A stretch of 62,909 bases of DNA from Chitinophagaceae bacterium (GTDB lineage: Bacteria > Bacteroidota > Bacteroidia > Chitinophagales > Chitinophagaceae). The position numbers and the translations under genes are program-made. The notes beneath the pieces were generated by a model. The model was not told the origin of the DNA. It worked only from the letters and a program-made list of their open reading frames with translations, and did not search any database. Positions 18,604-29,024 of this stretch are shown piece by piece; the first letter of the stretch is position 1, and every line of letters begins with the position of its first letter. The stretch lies in contig SCQV01000205.1 of the NCBI GenBank assembly GCA_004299085.1, positions 1 through 62,909 on the forward strand. Reading direction: 5' to 3'.

Positions 18604-20346
18604 ATGGCTATAAATGTTGCAGAGCAATTGGTCAATATGTTGGCAGATGCGGGTATTAAAAGGATTTATGCAGTCACCGGTGATAGTCTTAATCCGGTTA
18701 ACGATGCCATCCGGCGTGATAAACGAATTCAATGGATACACGTGCGTCACGAAGAAGCGGGCGCTTATGCAGCAGGCGCTGAAGCCCAGCTTACCGGTAA
18801 CATTACCTGTTGTGCCGGCAGCAGTGGGCCCGGACATGTTCACCTGGTTAATGGACTATATGATGCACACCGGAGTGGTGCGCCGGTGTTGGCTATTGCC
18901 TCTACCTGCATCAACAGCGAATTTGGCATGAATTATTTTCAGGAAACCAACCCCATCAAATTATTTGACGACTGCAGTCTGTACAACCAGGTAGCTAATA
19001 CTCCCGAACAATTACCTCGTATGCTGCAGGCTGCCATGCAACATGCCATACAACTACTCGGAGTATCTGTCGTTGGACTTCCGGGTAATGTAGCTTCAGC
19101 AGCGGCAACTGAAAGCCACTCTTCTCTGAAATCTTATCGTACACAGCCTGTAATCCGCCCTTCGGAAGAAGAAATCAGTGCCTTAGCCGGTCTACTGAAT
19201 AAAGAAGCAAATATTGTTCTGTTTTGCGGCTACGGATGCCGGGGTGCACACGAAGAAATAGTCGCTTTGGCGCAAAAGCTGAAAGCGCCTGTCGCTTATT
19301 CTTTTAGAGGAAAAATGGAAGTGGAATATGATAATCCCTATGCTGTAGGCATGACAGGGCTGCTGGGCATGACCTCTGGATACGAAGCCATGCATGATGC
19401 CGATGTGCTGCTGCTCTTAGGAACTGATTTCCCTTATACTCCGTTTATGCCTTCTGATAATAAAATTATACAAATAGATATAAAAGCAGAACACCTGGGC
19501 AGGAGGGCACATTTAACCATGGGATTGCAGGGAAATATAAAAGACACGTTAAAGGCACTTTCTCCATTAATAAACGAAAAGAAAGAAGAGAAATTTTTAA
19601 AAACACAAAAGGCAATTTATAAAAAGGCTCTTGATCATCTTTATGAAAATGTAAAAAGCCATCGTGGAAATGTGAATGCAATTCATCCGGAATATGTAGC
19701 TTCAGTCATTGATAAATTGGCAGAGGATGATGCTATTTTTTGCTTAGATACAGGGATGTGCTGCGTATGGGGAGCACGGTATATTCAGGCTACCAAAGGT
19801 CGCGATATACTGGGGTCTTTTGTTCACGGCTCAATGGCTAATGCCATGCCACAGGCCATAGGTGCTTCATTCGCCTGCCCTGATCGCCAGGTGGTAGCCT
19901 TGTGTGGTGATGGCGGACTATCTATGTTGCTCGGAGACTTGATGACCATCGCACAATATAAGCTGCCGGTAAAAATAATTATTTTCAACAACCGCTCTCT
20001 CGGTATGGTGAAGTTAGAAATGGAAGTAGCCGGCATCCCAGACTGGCAAACAGATATGATAGATCCAGTATTTGAAAAAATTGCTGAAGCTATGGGTATC
20101 AAAGGAATAAAAATATCCTCTCCGGAAGAAACAGAACCCCTATTGAAAGAAGTATTTGAAACAAGCGGGCCTGTTGTAGCCAATGTTATGACTGATCCAA
20201 ACGCCCTGGCATTGCCCCCGCACATTGAGTGGGAACAAATGAAAGGCTTTACGATGAGCATGACAAAATTAATGCTTGGCGGACGTATGCAGGAAGTAAT
20301 TGATACCGTAAAATCCAATATCAATCATCTGGATGACCTCCTATAA
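18604..20346 (+). CDS. poxB: Thiamine-diphosphate-dependent pyruvate oxidase / pyruvate dehydrogenase (quinone), PoxB-like
   Basis: The N-terminus GIKRIYAVTGDSLNPVNDAI...HVRHEEAGAYAAGAEAQLTG closely parallels E. coli PoxB as recalled. The TPP motif is GDGGLSMLLGDL...NN. Confidence 0.8.
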   Translation: MAINVAEQLVNMLADAGIKRIYAVTGDSLNPVNDAIRRDKRIQWIHVRHEEAGAYAAGAEAQLTGNITCCAGSSGPGHVHLVNGLYDAHRSGAPVLAIASTCINSEFGMNYFQETNPIKLFDDCSLYNQVANTPEQLPRMLQAAMQHAIQLLGVSVVGLPGNVASAAATESHSSLKSYRTQPVIRPSEEEISALAGLLNKEANIVLFCGYGCRGAHEEIVALAQKLKAPVAYSFRGKMEVEYDNPYAVGMTGLLGMTSGYEAMHDADVLLLLGTDFPYTPFMPSDNKIIQIDIKAEHLGRRAHLTMGLQGNIKDTLKALSPLINEKKEEKFLKTQKAIYKKALDHLYENVKSHRGNVNAIHPEYVASVIDKLAEDDAIFCLDTGMCCVWGARYIQATKGRDILGSFVHGSMANAMPQAIGASFACPDRQVVALCGDGGLSMLLGDLMTIAQYKLPVKIIIFNNRSLGMVKLEMEVAGIPDWQTDMIDPVFEKIAEAMGIKGIKISSPEETEPLLKEVFETSGPVVANVMTDPNALALPPHIEWEQMKGFTMSMTKLMLGGRMQEVIDTVKSNINHLDDLL

Positions 20347-20442
20347 TAATAAGAGATATTTATTGTACTAACTATTTCATGGATTTGTTTTGGCATTTCT
20401 CGAATTTAAAATAAAGATTTCGTTTTTTATATTGAACAAATC

Positions 20443-21804
20443 TCAAATTAGAGAATACAGGTCATTAAAGGCCTCAGTCATGGAAGGGTGTGTGTAAATA
20501 GTATCTCTCACCACCTGGTAATCCAACCCGCAGTTAATAGCCACCTGAATAGTATTGATCATTTCATGGGCGCCTAAACAAAACAACGTGCAACCTAAAA
20601 TTTTATTGGTTTTCCGGTCAACAACCGTCTTCAACAAACCGTTCGTATCACCTTCTATTCTTGCCCTGACAACACTTGCTGCCCGAAGCTTCGCTACTTT
20701 AACCTCATAACCTTTTTCTACAGCTTCTCTCTCCCGCAATCCGATGTGTGCTAAGGGTGGCGTAATAAAAACAGAAGAAGCGACTTGCTTTCTTTGCTTC
20801 ACGGAGATATATTTACCACCGGACAACTGGTTACGTATAATCCGGAAATCATCCAATGATATATAGGTAAACTGGAGGCCACCATTGATATCGCCGATGG
20901 CCCATATATTAGGAACATTGGTTTTCAAAAACTCATCTACCTCTATGTACCCTTTTTTGTTGGTACTGATACCGGCGGCTTCGATATTCAGACCGTCCGT
21001 CATTGGCTTTCTTCCGGTAGCAACTAAAAGAGCTGAGGCTTGAACACTGACCATTTCCCCCATCTTATTTTTGTATTGCACCTCTACATTATTCTCTTCC
21101 GTGTTTCCTATTTTTTGAACGGTTGCAGCCATAACGATATTTATTCTTTTTGCTGTCAGCACTTTATATACTTCACCTGCTACATCCTCATCCTCTTTGG
21201 GCAAAAAAGTTTCGTTGTCGTCCAGCACTATTACTTCTGAACCGAATTTTGCATACATATCTGCAAACTCCAATCCAATAAATCCGCCACCAATAATGAC
21301 CAGTTTTTGGGACAGAGCAGATTGCCCGAGCAGGGAAATACTCGTAAATACGTTTTTGGTACGATCTATTCCTTCTATTGGCGGCAAAAATGGTTGTGAG
21401 CCTGTGTTAATAAAAATGCGGTTTGCCTTGATCCGGTATTCTTTTTTATTACCGCTGAGTTTTACCAGCACTTCGTTGGGTGAAATAAAAGAGGCCTCCC
21501 CTGTTATGACGGTTGCTGCCGGTAGTTTTTCAATTTTCTCAAAATTGAGCGTTCTCAGAAAAGAAGTCAATTCATTTTTCAAACTAAATGCTTCTTTATA
21601 AGGTATTTTTTCTTCCGCATTTTTTATTAAAGATTTTGTAGGAATGCAGGCTACATTGATACAGGAGCCGCCGTACATTTTATCGGATATTTCTATAAGA
21701 GCTACCTGCTCGCCTTTTTTTGCCAACCAGGCAGCAAGTGTCTTTCCTCCTTTGCCAAAACCGATAATCAGGTTATCGTAATAAGGCTCTATAGTTTTTT
21801 CCAT
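20443..21804 (-). CDS. Class I pyridine nucleotide-disulfide oxidoreductase, RclA/YkgC-like
   Basis: FAD motif GFGKGG, redox-active GGSCINVACIPTK, and C-terminal LQFTYISLDDFRI / YTHPSMTEAFNDL segments recalled as RclA-like. Confidence 0.75.
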   Translation of the reverse strand: MEKTIEPYYDNLIIGFGKGGKTLAAWLAKKGEQVALIEISDKMYGGSCINVACIPTKSLIKNAEEKIPYKEAFSLKNELTSFLRTLNFEKIEKLPAATVITGEASFISPNEVLVKLSGNKKEYRIKANRIFINTGSQPFLPPIEGIDRTKNVFTSISLLGQSALSQKLVIIGGGFIGLEFADMYAKFGSEVIVLDDNETFLPKEDEDVAGEVYKVLTAKRINIVMAATVQKIGNTEENNVEVQYKNKMGEMVSVQASALLVATGRKPMTDGLNIEAAGISTNKKGYIEVDEFLKTNVPNIWAIGDINGGLQFTYISLDDFRIIRNQLSGGKYISVKQRKQVASSVFITPPLAHIGLREREAVEKGYEVKVAKLRAASVVRARIEGDTNGLLKTVVDRKTNKILGCTLFCLGAHEMINTIQVAINCGLDYQVVRDTIYTHPSMTEAFNDLYSLI

Positions 21805-21961
21805 TTGTTAAGTATTAAAGTATAATGAATAAGCAGACTCAGTAAGCAGGTTGGGTATTGGTTTCTACCGCTTTGCGTCTGAAACCGCGAAGTAAGTAAC
21901 GGCTCATATTAGAAAGAGAAACTTTTTCATTACCACTATACAAACTTATAACTTTTTTTAA

Positions 21962-22084
21962 AAGGATGCCATAATTTTTGTTTTTGTAAAAACAAAAGAA
22001 GAAGCCCCCGTACCTTCACCGGCGCCCACTCCTGACCAGCAATTACTTACTGAAATCAGGGACTTATTGAAAAGCCGTAACTAA
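21962..22084 (+). pseudogene. mscL: 3' relic of a large-conductance mechanosensitive channel gene
   Basis: KDAIIFVFVKTKEEAPVPSPAPTPDQQLLTEIRDLLKSRN* has the end of TM2, a charged cluster, a Pro/Ala linker and the LLTEIRDLLK helix, matching the MscL C-terminus. An in-frame TAA lies directly upstream at 21959-21961. There is no room for the remaining roughly 90 codons before the rclA-like gene. Confidence 0.55.
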
Positions 22085-22162
22085 AGGATTCTGGAGTATT
22101 CTTTTTATTAACATCATGCCCTTTAATTGAAGCACTATGTTATTACATTAAATGACCCATTA

Positions 22163-24685
22163 TCAATATTGCTGCACTCCGGGAATTGTTGGTTGTTCAT
22201 TCTGATTTTGCTGTGAATTCTTATTATGATGTAAAAGCTGGAAATTTTTACTCCCGAATGTATAAGTAAGCTTGAGCCTGATAAAACGAGTTTTTATTTT
22301 TTCTATACTATTCTGTACATATAAATCTGGTATGAAGTAGTTGTATTCTAATTTACTGGTATTGAGTATATCAGAAAAACTCAGGATAGCAGATAGATCC
22401 TTTCTCTTGAAAAATGATTTTTTCAGCGCGATATCTATATAACCAAATACTCTTTCAGTTCCCTGTATAGTTACTGTTGGTGCATTATCATTGCCTGTGC
22501 TGAAGCCTTCGGTGGAGGAGACATCCTTTACAAAGTTGGGAACCGATGCTATATAATTTCCCGATAGCTGAATTTCAAAATTAGCCGGAAGCGTTATGTC
22601 TGAACTTAATTTTCCAAACCAATTGAACTTATGATTGGAAAGGTTTTGTGAATCAATATCAGCCATAATACTGGTATGGAATAAATTCAGGTCAGCTAAA
22701 ATATTCCACCAATTAGTAATTTGCGTTTGGAAAGTAAATTCTGCCCCGTAATTATTGTTTTCTTTTGCATTAAAAACATAGCTGATAACCGTATCTCTTG
22801 AATTGTTATAGGGTGCTGTATAAGTGGTGATCAGGTTATGTGTGTTTCTGAAATAAAAGCTTGCGAGAAAGTTACTTCCTCCAAAGATTTTATTATAGTT
22901 GAGCTCAAAAGAATTGGTATATTCAGGCTGTAGTTCCGGATTGCCTTTTTGCAGGTTTTGCGGATTGGAATAATCAATGTAAGGAATACGCTGTGAAAAG
23001 CTGGGCCTGATTACTCTTCGGCTATAATTTAATTGTATCTGATCTCCCGGCGTCAGCTTATACGATAAAAAAAGGCTTGGATAAAGCTGTGGCCTATTAT
23101 CTGCCTGACTGAATATAGCTCCTTTGGCAGGGGCAGCACCTGAATAACGGTATTCTTCGGCACGCAATCCAAGCTGATAACCGAATTTATTAATCTGATT
23201 TGCATACTGAAGATATCCTGCATAGATGCCTTCGTGAAACGTATAATCGGTTGACAGCAGGTCATTAAAAATATGATTTCCTGAGTCCAAGTCAAAGACA
23301 TTATAACTGCTGGTGAAATTACGGTAAGTAGTCTTCAATCCAGCCTCTAACTTCGATTGCGCAGTGAGCGGATTCACATAATCAATCTGGCTAACAAAAT
23401 AGTTAGTGCTGCCATTGATGGTGTTAGTTTGCACATTGGGTTCGTCCATAGGTTCCCCCGTATTATCATAAAACTGCGTCTGATAATTGCCATTACCGCC
23501 ATTAGTGAATGTCCTTAAGTCGGCATCCGCGTTGAGTGTGTGTCCCTTTTTCCTGAAGTGATGGGTATAATTAATATCTCCGGAATAAAAGAGAAAGGAA
23601 TAGCCATGAAAAGAATTTCGCAGACTGGTGGAATCGGGAAATTTATTACTATCCAGGTAGTTGCTCTGGAGGCTTTCATGGACTTTACGGGACCAACCTC
23701 CAACGGCGCCATCTAATGAAAGGGTATTCCTGTTATCTAAAAAATAATCCAATCCTGCACGACCGATTTGAAAATTTCCGTTATCCACTCCGCGGGAGTT
23801 TTGAGTTAGCCAACTATCGTCAACCAGATTATGTCTGGTAAGTGTTTGTGTGTATGGTCCGTTCCGGTCATGAAAGAAATAGCTAAGCGAAACATTAAAA
23901 GGCTTTTTTGAAAAATTCAGATCAGCGCCTTCATTATATCCGCCGCGCGTATCAGCTCTGGTGAACACTTGCCCGCTAATACCGGGCTTGTGGCTTTTCT
24001 TTAACACAATGTTGATAATACCTGAGGAACCTTCCGCATCGTATTTTGCCGAAGGGTTAGTGATAATTTCAACCTTTGCTATGCTTGATGCAGGGATCTC
24101 ATCCAGTAGAAGCGGACTTCGTTTGCCATCAACGAAAATATTAGGAATACCATTCCTCAGCGTTACTGTTCCACCGATATTTACATTTACTCCCGGTATT
24201 TGCCTAAGCACATCGGTGGCATCACCGCCCGCGCTGATCAAGTCTTTAGTTACATCAAACACTTTTTTATCAATACTCATGCTGTAAGCAGGCTTTTCAG
24301 CAGTAATATTCACAGCTTTTAAAGCGGCAGTAGAAATGGACAGCTTGAAATTACCCAAATCCTGACTGGAATTTTTTGAGGTAATAGAAAACGGGTGATA
24401 AATGGTATTATAACCGATAAAATTAATCCGAAGAATGAATTGACCTATAGGGAGATGATCTATTTCAAAATCTCCATTTTCTTTAGAAAGAACACCGGTA
24501 ATGACAATAGAATCTTTGGCTTTAAGTAGGCTGACAGTGGCAAAACCTATTCCTTTGTGAACTTGAGCATCAATGATTTTCCCATTTATCTGGTTAATCT
24601 GTGTCGTAGTCGTAGCGCTCTGCTGCGCAAAAATTATGGCAGGAAGAATGCATAAAACAACCCATAATCCGATTCGCTTTTTCAT
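22163..24685 (-). CDS. TonB-dependent receptor-like outer-membrane beta-barrel protein (CarboxypepD_reg N-terminal domain)
   Basis: Signal peptide, GKIIDAQ...GFATVSL carboxypeptidase-regulatory-like domain, plug-like region, long beta-barrel, and a C-terminal aromatic residue. Confidence 0.8.
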   Translation of the reverse strand: MKKRIGLWVVLCILPAIIFAQQSATTTTQINQINGKIIDAQVHKGIGFATVSLLKAKDSIVITGVLSKENGDFEIDHLPIGQFILRINFIGYNTIYHPFSITSKNSSQDLGNFKLSISTAALKAVNITAEKPAYSMSIDKKVFDVTKDLISAGGDATDVLRQIPGVNVNIGGTVTLRNGIPNIFVDGKRSPLLLDEIPASSIAKVEIITNPSAKYDAEGSSGIINIVLKKSHKPGISGQVFTRADTRGGYNEGADLNFSKKPFNVSLSYFFHDRNGPYTQTLTRHNLVDDSWLTQNSRGVDNGNFQIGRAGLDYFLDNRNTLSLDGAVGGWSRKVHESLQSNYLDSNKFPDSTSLRNSFHGYSFLFYSGDINYTHHFRKKGHTLNADADLRTFTNGGNGNYQTQFYDNTGEPMDEPNVQTNTINGSTNYFVSQIDYVNPLTAQSKLEAGLKTTYRNFTSSYNVFDLDSGNHIFNDLLSTDYTFHEGIYAGYLQYANQINKFGYQLGLRAEEYRYSGAAPAKGAIFSQADNRPQLYPSLFLSYKLTPGDQIQLNYSRRVIRPSFSQRIPYIDYSNPQNLQKGNPELQPEYTNSFELNYNKIFGGSNFLASFYFRNTHNLITTYTAPYNNSRDTVISYVFNAKENNNYGAEFTFQTQITNWWNILADLNLFHTSIMADIDSQNLSNHKFNWFGKLSSDITLPANFEIQLSGNYIASVPNFVKDVSSTEGFSTGNDNAPTVTIQGTERVFGYIDIALKKSFFKRKDLSAILSFSDILNTSKLEYNYFIPDLYVQNSIEKIKTRFIRLKLTYTFGSKNFQLLHHNKNSQQNQNEQPTIPGVQQY

Positions 24686-24977
24686 ATTTTAGATTTTATC
24701 ATCCACGGGATTATTTGCCGTTTGATATTGATCATCGCTGCAAATTTAATTGTGAAAAGATGAATCTTTAATGTGAAAATGGTTCAACCAGGCGAATTTG
24801 CTCTTGAACCAGACATGTTATCCTTTGAAAGTCTAATGGGTACTTATTCTTAAATACTAAAGCTGAATCTTTCTTGACGAAACCTGAGAATGTCCATTCC
24901 AGGACAGTTATTGTCCGGTTTATGGATTAATCGAGAGGCGTACTTCTTTAATTGCGTAGTTTTGTTATGAATCATGA

Positions 24978-26060
24978 ATGGACTCATTAATTAAATGTCT
25001 AACAATTTTTTCGAGGCAAATGCGATTTATCAATTGGAATATAACTAAAGCGCCATTTAGAATTTCGAATAAAATAATATGGTTAAGCTCCCTCATCATG
25101 AGCTTGCTGATTTCTCTTCCCAAATTTGCAGGAATTCATTCTAATCTATATGAAGCAGTTATCACATCAGTTTTATACTTTTTATTTACCCTTTTAGTCT
25201 GGTATTATAATATTTTCACCATACCGGCCTATTCTCCAGGATCTGTGGACAATAATTTTTCAATTAAGCGTTTGGCAAAAGGCCTGCTTTTTGAATTGAT
25301 CCTGATGTTTGTCTTAATCTGCGCCCAGCAACTTCTACTTCCGCATCTTGATTTTGGCTCTACCCTATTGATGTTCGAGGTCAAAGGAGTATTAATCTAT
25401 CTGACTTTTTATATGTTCATCAGTTTCTTTTATCAAAGCTTCCTTAGTCAGCACGTAGGCATCGAACTGGAACGGGCAAAGACAGAAAACCTGAAGGCAC
25501 AACATGAATTACTCAAGCAACAAGTGAATCCGCACTTTCTGTTTAATAGTTTGAATACCTTAAAATATATGGTAGAAACTAACGATAAGCAGGCAGTAAG
25601 TTTTATCCTAAAGCTTCGTGATATATACAGATATACCCTTGAAAGCCGCAAGATAGATTTAATCAAGCTTTCCGCCGAATTGAAAATCCTTGAGGCTTAT
25701 ATGTACCTGTTAAAAGCGCGCTTTGAAGAGGGAATTAACCTTTTCATTCATATTGATCAAAAGTATTATTCTACTTTTATACCTCCTTTTACCTTACAAT
25801 TACTTATTGAAAACTGCATCAAACATAATATTGTCTCATTGGACCATCCTCTTGATATTAGTGTATATTCTGAAAAAGAGTTTATTATAGTTGAAAACAA
25901 GCTGCAACCTAAAAAAGTAACAGAGTCATCAACAGGATTAGGACTTGAAAATATAAATAATCGTTACATTCAACTGTCAGATAAAAAAATAGAGATCATC
26001 GCCAGCGAAACATTGTTTACTGTAAAGCTCCCTATTATCCATGAATATAATCATCATTGA
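24978..26060 (+). CDS. LytS/YehU-type sensor histidine kinase
   Basis: N-terminal TM helices, an NPHFLFNSLNTL H-box region (His_kinase family) and a C-terminal ATPase domain. The start codon is uncertain. Confidence 0.85.
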   Translation: MDSLIKCLTIFSRQMRFINWNITKAPFRISNKIIWLSSLIMSLLISLPKFAGIHSNLYEAVITSVLYFLFTLLVWYYNIFTIPAYSPGSVDNNFSIKRLAKGLLFELILMFVLICAQQLLLPHLDFGSTLLMFEVKGVLIYLTFYMFISFFYQSFLSQHVGIELERAKTENLKAQHELLKQQVNPHFLFNSLNTLKYMVETNDKQAVSFILKLRDIYRYTLESRKIDLIKLSAELKILEAYMYLLKARFEEGINLFIHIDQKYYSTFIPPFTLQLLIENCIKHNIVSLDHPLDISVYSEKEFIIVENKLQPKKVTESSTGLGLENINNRYIQLSDKKIEIIASETLFTVKLPIIHEYNHH

Positions 26061-26802
26061 AGACGAACTTAAAGCAGCAAAGTCGCTGGCGAGCCTGATA
26101 AACAAAATAAAGCCTGACGCTATAATAACAGCTCAATTACAGGGTATAGAAGATGCTGTTGATCATCTTATTCACAACAAAGAACCTGGTCTCATCTTTA
26201 TGGATATCCAACTTTCGGATGGCTTGTGTTTTGAGATATTTAAAGCGGTAAAAATTCACTGCCCAGTCATATTTTGCACCGCCTATGGTGAGTATGCAAT
26301 GGACGCTATAAAGGCCAATGGTGTTGATTATATAGTAAAGCCTTTCTCGAAAGAAGAACTGCAAGAGGCTTTTGAGAAGGTTGAGAATTTTAAAAATTTC
26401 TTCCAGCAGAATACTCAGCCAAATTTAGATGAACTATTAAGAACGATTGGGTTGGATGGCGGGAAAAAAAGTTTTCTGATTTCACAAAACAATAAATATA
26501 TTACCGTACTAACAGAGCAGATAGCTTTTATTTATATAAAATTTACTTCTCCTTCTATCAGAACTTTCGAAGGGGAAGAATATTACATAAGCCAATCTTT
26601 GGACTATGTGCAAAATCAGCTATCTGATAAACAATTTTTCAGGCTAAACAGACAATACCTTATTAACTTTAGTGCCATTAAAGAAGTTGAACATTACTTT
26701 AACAGGAAGCTATTGGTAAGGCTTGTTGTTCCCTGTCCCGATGAATTATTAGTTGGTAAAGAAAAATCAACCGCGTTTTTACAATGGCTTGAAAATAGGT
26801 AG
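26041..26802 (+). CDS. LytTR-family response regulator
   Basis: Receiver domain (IIIIEDE...FMDIQLSDG...KP) plus a LytTR DNA-binding domain. It overlaps the kinase gene by 20 nt. Confidence 0.9.
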   Translation: MNIIIIEDELKAAKSLASLINKIKPDAIITAQLQGIEDAVDHLIHNKEPGLIFMDIQLSDGLCFEIFKAVKIHCPVIFCTAYGEYAMDAIKANGVDYIVKPFSKEELQEAFEKVENFKNFFQQNTQPNLDELLRTIGLDGGKKSFLISQNNKYITVLTEQIAFIYIKFTSPSIRTFEGEEYYISQSLDYVQNQLSDKQFFRLNRQYLINFSAIKEVEHYFNRKLLVRLVVPCPDELLVGKEKSTAFLQWLENR

Positions 26803-26899
26803 CAGTGAGAAAATATTTAACGTTGAAATTGGTATGATACCATTACTTTTTCATAATATGCTTTCACGCACAGAAGTCATTAGCCTTGAACAGCAATCC

Positions 26900-27544
26900 T
26901 CATTTTTTCCTTTCTGAAAAAGAAGGCAGCTTCCAGTGATATTTCAAAGCCAATAAACGTATGACAAGACAAATGATGAACCCTGCCGGGGATACCCATC
27001 CATTTGGAATACCCCATGAATGACCTGCTACAACTACCACCGCTCCCAGCAGCGCTGCAGAAGCATAAATTTCTTTTTCAAAAATAACCGGGATCCGGTT
27101 CAGGAAAATGTCACGGATGACACCACCGCCCACCGCCGTAATCATCCCCAGTAAAATAGCCACTTCATTATTGTGACCAAAGCTCAGTGCCTTCTCAGCA
27201 CCCGAAACAGCAAAGAGTGACAATCCTAATGCATCAAACAATATTACAGGACGATCCAATAATTTCATGAGTGGGCTCAGCCCCATGGCTATTATAGCTG
27301 CAATCACGGACACTAATAAATAACGCCAGTCCGATAATCCAGCAGGAGGAATAGCCCCGATACAAACATCGCGTATGATACCCCCGCCACAGGCAACCGT
27401 AAAAGAAACCACCAAAACACCAAATACATCCAGGCCTTTGTCTCTGGCTGCAACAGCGCCGCTGATGGCAAAAGCAAAAGTGCCTGCCAGGTCAATAAAT
27501 GTATAGAGGGAATGCAGGTTAATCATTATATTATTAGTTTCCAT
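26900..27544 (-). CDS. TRIC-family cation channel (UPF0126/YadS-like)
   Basis: Two UPF0126 repeats with GGGIIRD and GGGVIRD glycine motifs. Confidence 0.8.
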   Translation of the reverse strand: METNNIMINLHSLYTFIDLAGTFAFAISGAVAARDKGLDVFGVLVVSFTVACGGGIIRDVCIGAIPPAGLSDWRYLLVSVIAAIIAMGLSPLMKLLDRPVILFDALGLSLFAVSGAEKALSFGHNNEVAILLGMITAVGGGVIRDIFLNRIPVIFEKEIYASAALLGAVVVVAGHSWGIPNGWVSPAGFIICLVIRLLALKYHWKLPSFSERKK

Positions 27545-28805
27545 TCAGCCATGCGATAGCAGCAGTCATCATAGCTTGCAAACCCGTTTTAAGTGTTGGA
27601 TTTATCACAGGAGCAAACTTAGGTGAATGGTTACTTGGAATGGAATTGATGTTATGATTCTTTTTAGCTTCCAAATATGTTTGGGGATCTGTGCCACCAA
27701 TAAACCAAAAAACATAAGGCACTTCCCAATTTCTTCCAAAAACACTGAAATCTTCGCTGGCAGAAGCGGGTGCTGTTTCAAATGATTTATCTCCAAATTG
27801 GGCATCGAAAGCCTCGGCAACTTTCGCAGTGGCTGCTGCATCATTGTCTGTAACCGGGTAGCTGTCCAACGTAGTAAACTCCGGGCCTTTTGGCGCATTG
27901 GATGCAGCACATTCCGCACAACAAATACGTTTTACTGCTGAAAGAATATGGTCACGCACGCCATCATCAAAAGTGCGGATATTTAATTTCAACGTGGCAT
28001 CGTCTGGTATAATATTCTCTTTGGTACCCGCCTGCAATGCACCTATGGTCAGAACGGCATTTTCTATGGGCGCTATCTCACGGGAAACAATGGTTTGCAA
28101 CCGCATGGTAGTGGCAGCGGCCATAATCACAGGATCAATAGATGTTTGCGGGAATGAACCATGAGCGCCCCTGCCAAATATTTTTACTTTTAAGCTGTTG
28201 CCGGCAGATAAAATAGCGCCGCTGCGATGCCCAACAGTTCCTGCTTCGCCCACCATTACGTGCTGACCAAGAATAATATCCGGCTTAGGAAAACGAGCCA
28301 TCATACCATCATCAATCATACCTTGAGCGCCGCGTCCTACTTCTTCCCCCGGTTGAAAAACAACCATCAGAGTTCCCTTCCATTGGCCTCTGTGTTCAGA
28401 AAATAATCTGGCTGCTCCCATCATCCAAGTCACATGCATATCGTGTCCACAAACGTGCGATACGCCTACTTCATTCCCATCTTCATCTTTTCCCTTCACC
28501 GTACTCGCATAAGGCAATCCGGTAGCTTCCATTACCGGAAGCGCATCCATATCGGCTCGAAGCATCACCACAGGTCCTTCTCCATTCTTCATAATGCCGA
28601 TTACGCCTGTTGTGCCAATACCCGTTGATACTTCATATTGATATTTGGTTAAATAATCCGCAGCGATTTTAGCCGTGCGGAATTCCTGCATAGACAATTC
28701 GGGGTGAAGATGAATGTCTTTATAAATAGCTTCCAGTTCAGGAAGCAGCTTGTTCAAATCATCTTCAAGCTTGTGGTTGAAGGATTTGATATCTTCTGGT
28801 TGCAT
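27534..28805 (-). CDS. M20-family amidohydrolase (N-acyl-amino-acid / hippurate hydrolase-like)
   Basis: MLRADMDALP, CGHDMH and FQPGEE metal-ligand motifs. Confidence 0.85.
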   Translation of the reverse strand: MQPEDIKSFNHKLEDDLNKLLPELEAIYKDIHLHPELSMQEFRTAKIAADYLTKYQYEVSTGIGTTGVIGIMKNGEGPVVMLRADMDALPVMEATGLPYASTVKGKDEDGNEVGVSHVCGHDMHVTWMMGAARLFSEHRGQWKGTLMVVFQPGEEVGRGAQGMIDDGMMARFPKPDIILGQHVMVGEAGTVGHRSGAILSAGNSLKVKIFGRGAHGSFPQTSIDPVIMAAATTMRLQTIVSREIAPIENAVLTIGALQAGTKENIIPDDATLKLNIRTFDDGVRDHILSAVKRICCAECAASNAPKGPEFTTLDSYPVTDNDAAATAKVAEAFDAQFGDKSFETAPASASEDFSVFGRNWEVPYVFWFIGGTDPQTYLEAKKNHNINSIPSNHSPKFAPVINPTLKTGLQAMMTAAIAWLNGN

Positions 28806-29024
28806 GATAGATAATAATTGTATGCGGTAAGGTACAACGTTTATTTGTTTTTTTCAAAACCCCGTTCTGGCACGTTGCAAGAAGAAAGGAATAGCTTTGC
28901 AATTGCAGCTATATTATTTTATCATGAAGTCTTCTATTTTTGTGAAGATATTAATTAATATTACAGTTTGTAAAGAAACAAGCTTCCGGGCCTGTTTAAA
29001 CGGGAGACAGGGACTAAGGAAATT

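Noticed and set aside
19824-20324. 166-aa minus-strand ORF inside the PoxB-like gene
   Set aside because: It lies entirely within a strongly supported plus-strand gene and has no recognisable motifs.
21805-22162. An intact small mscL gene
   Set aside because: Only about 280 nt are available, and the conserved tail is preceded by an in-frame TAA. The TM1 and most of the TM2 coding sequence is absent.
24686-24977. Possible riboswitch (for example cobalamin) upstream of the TonB-dependent receptor
   Set aside because: Only a simple 7-bp hairpin (ggttcaa...ttgaacc) is present. No B12-box-like or other conserved riboswitch core was recognised.
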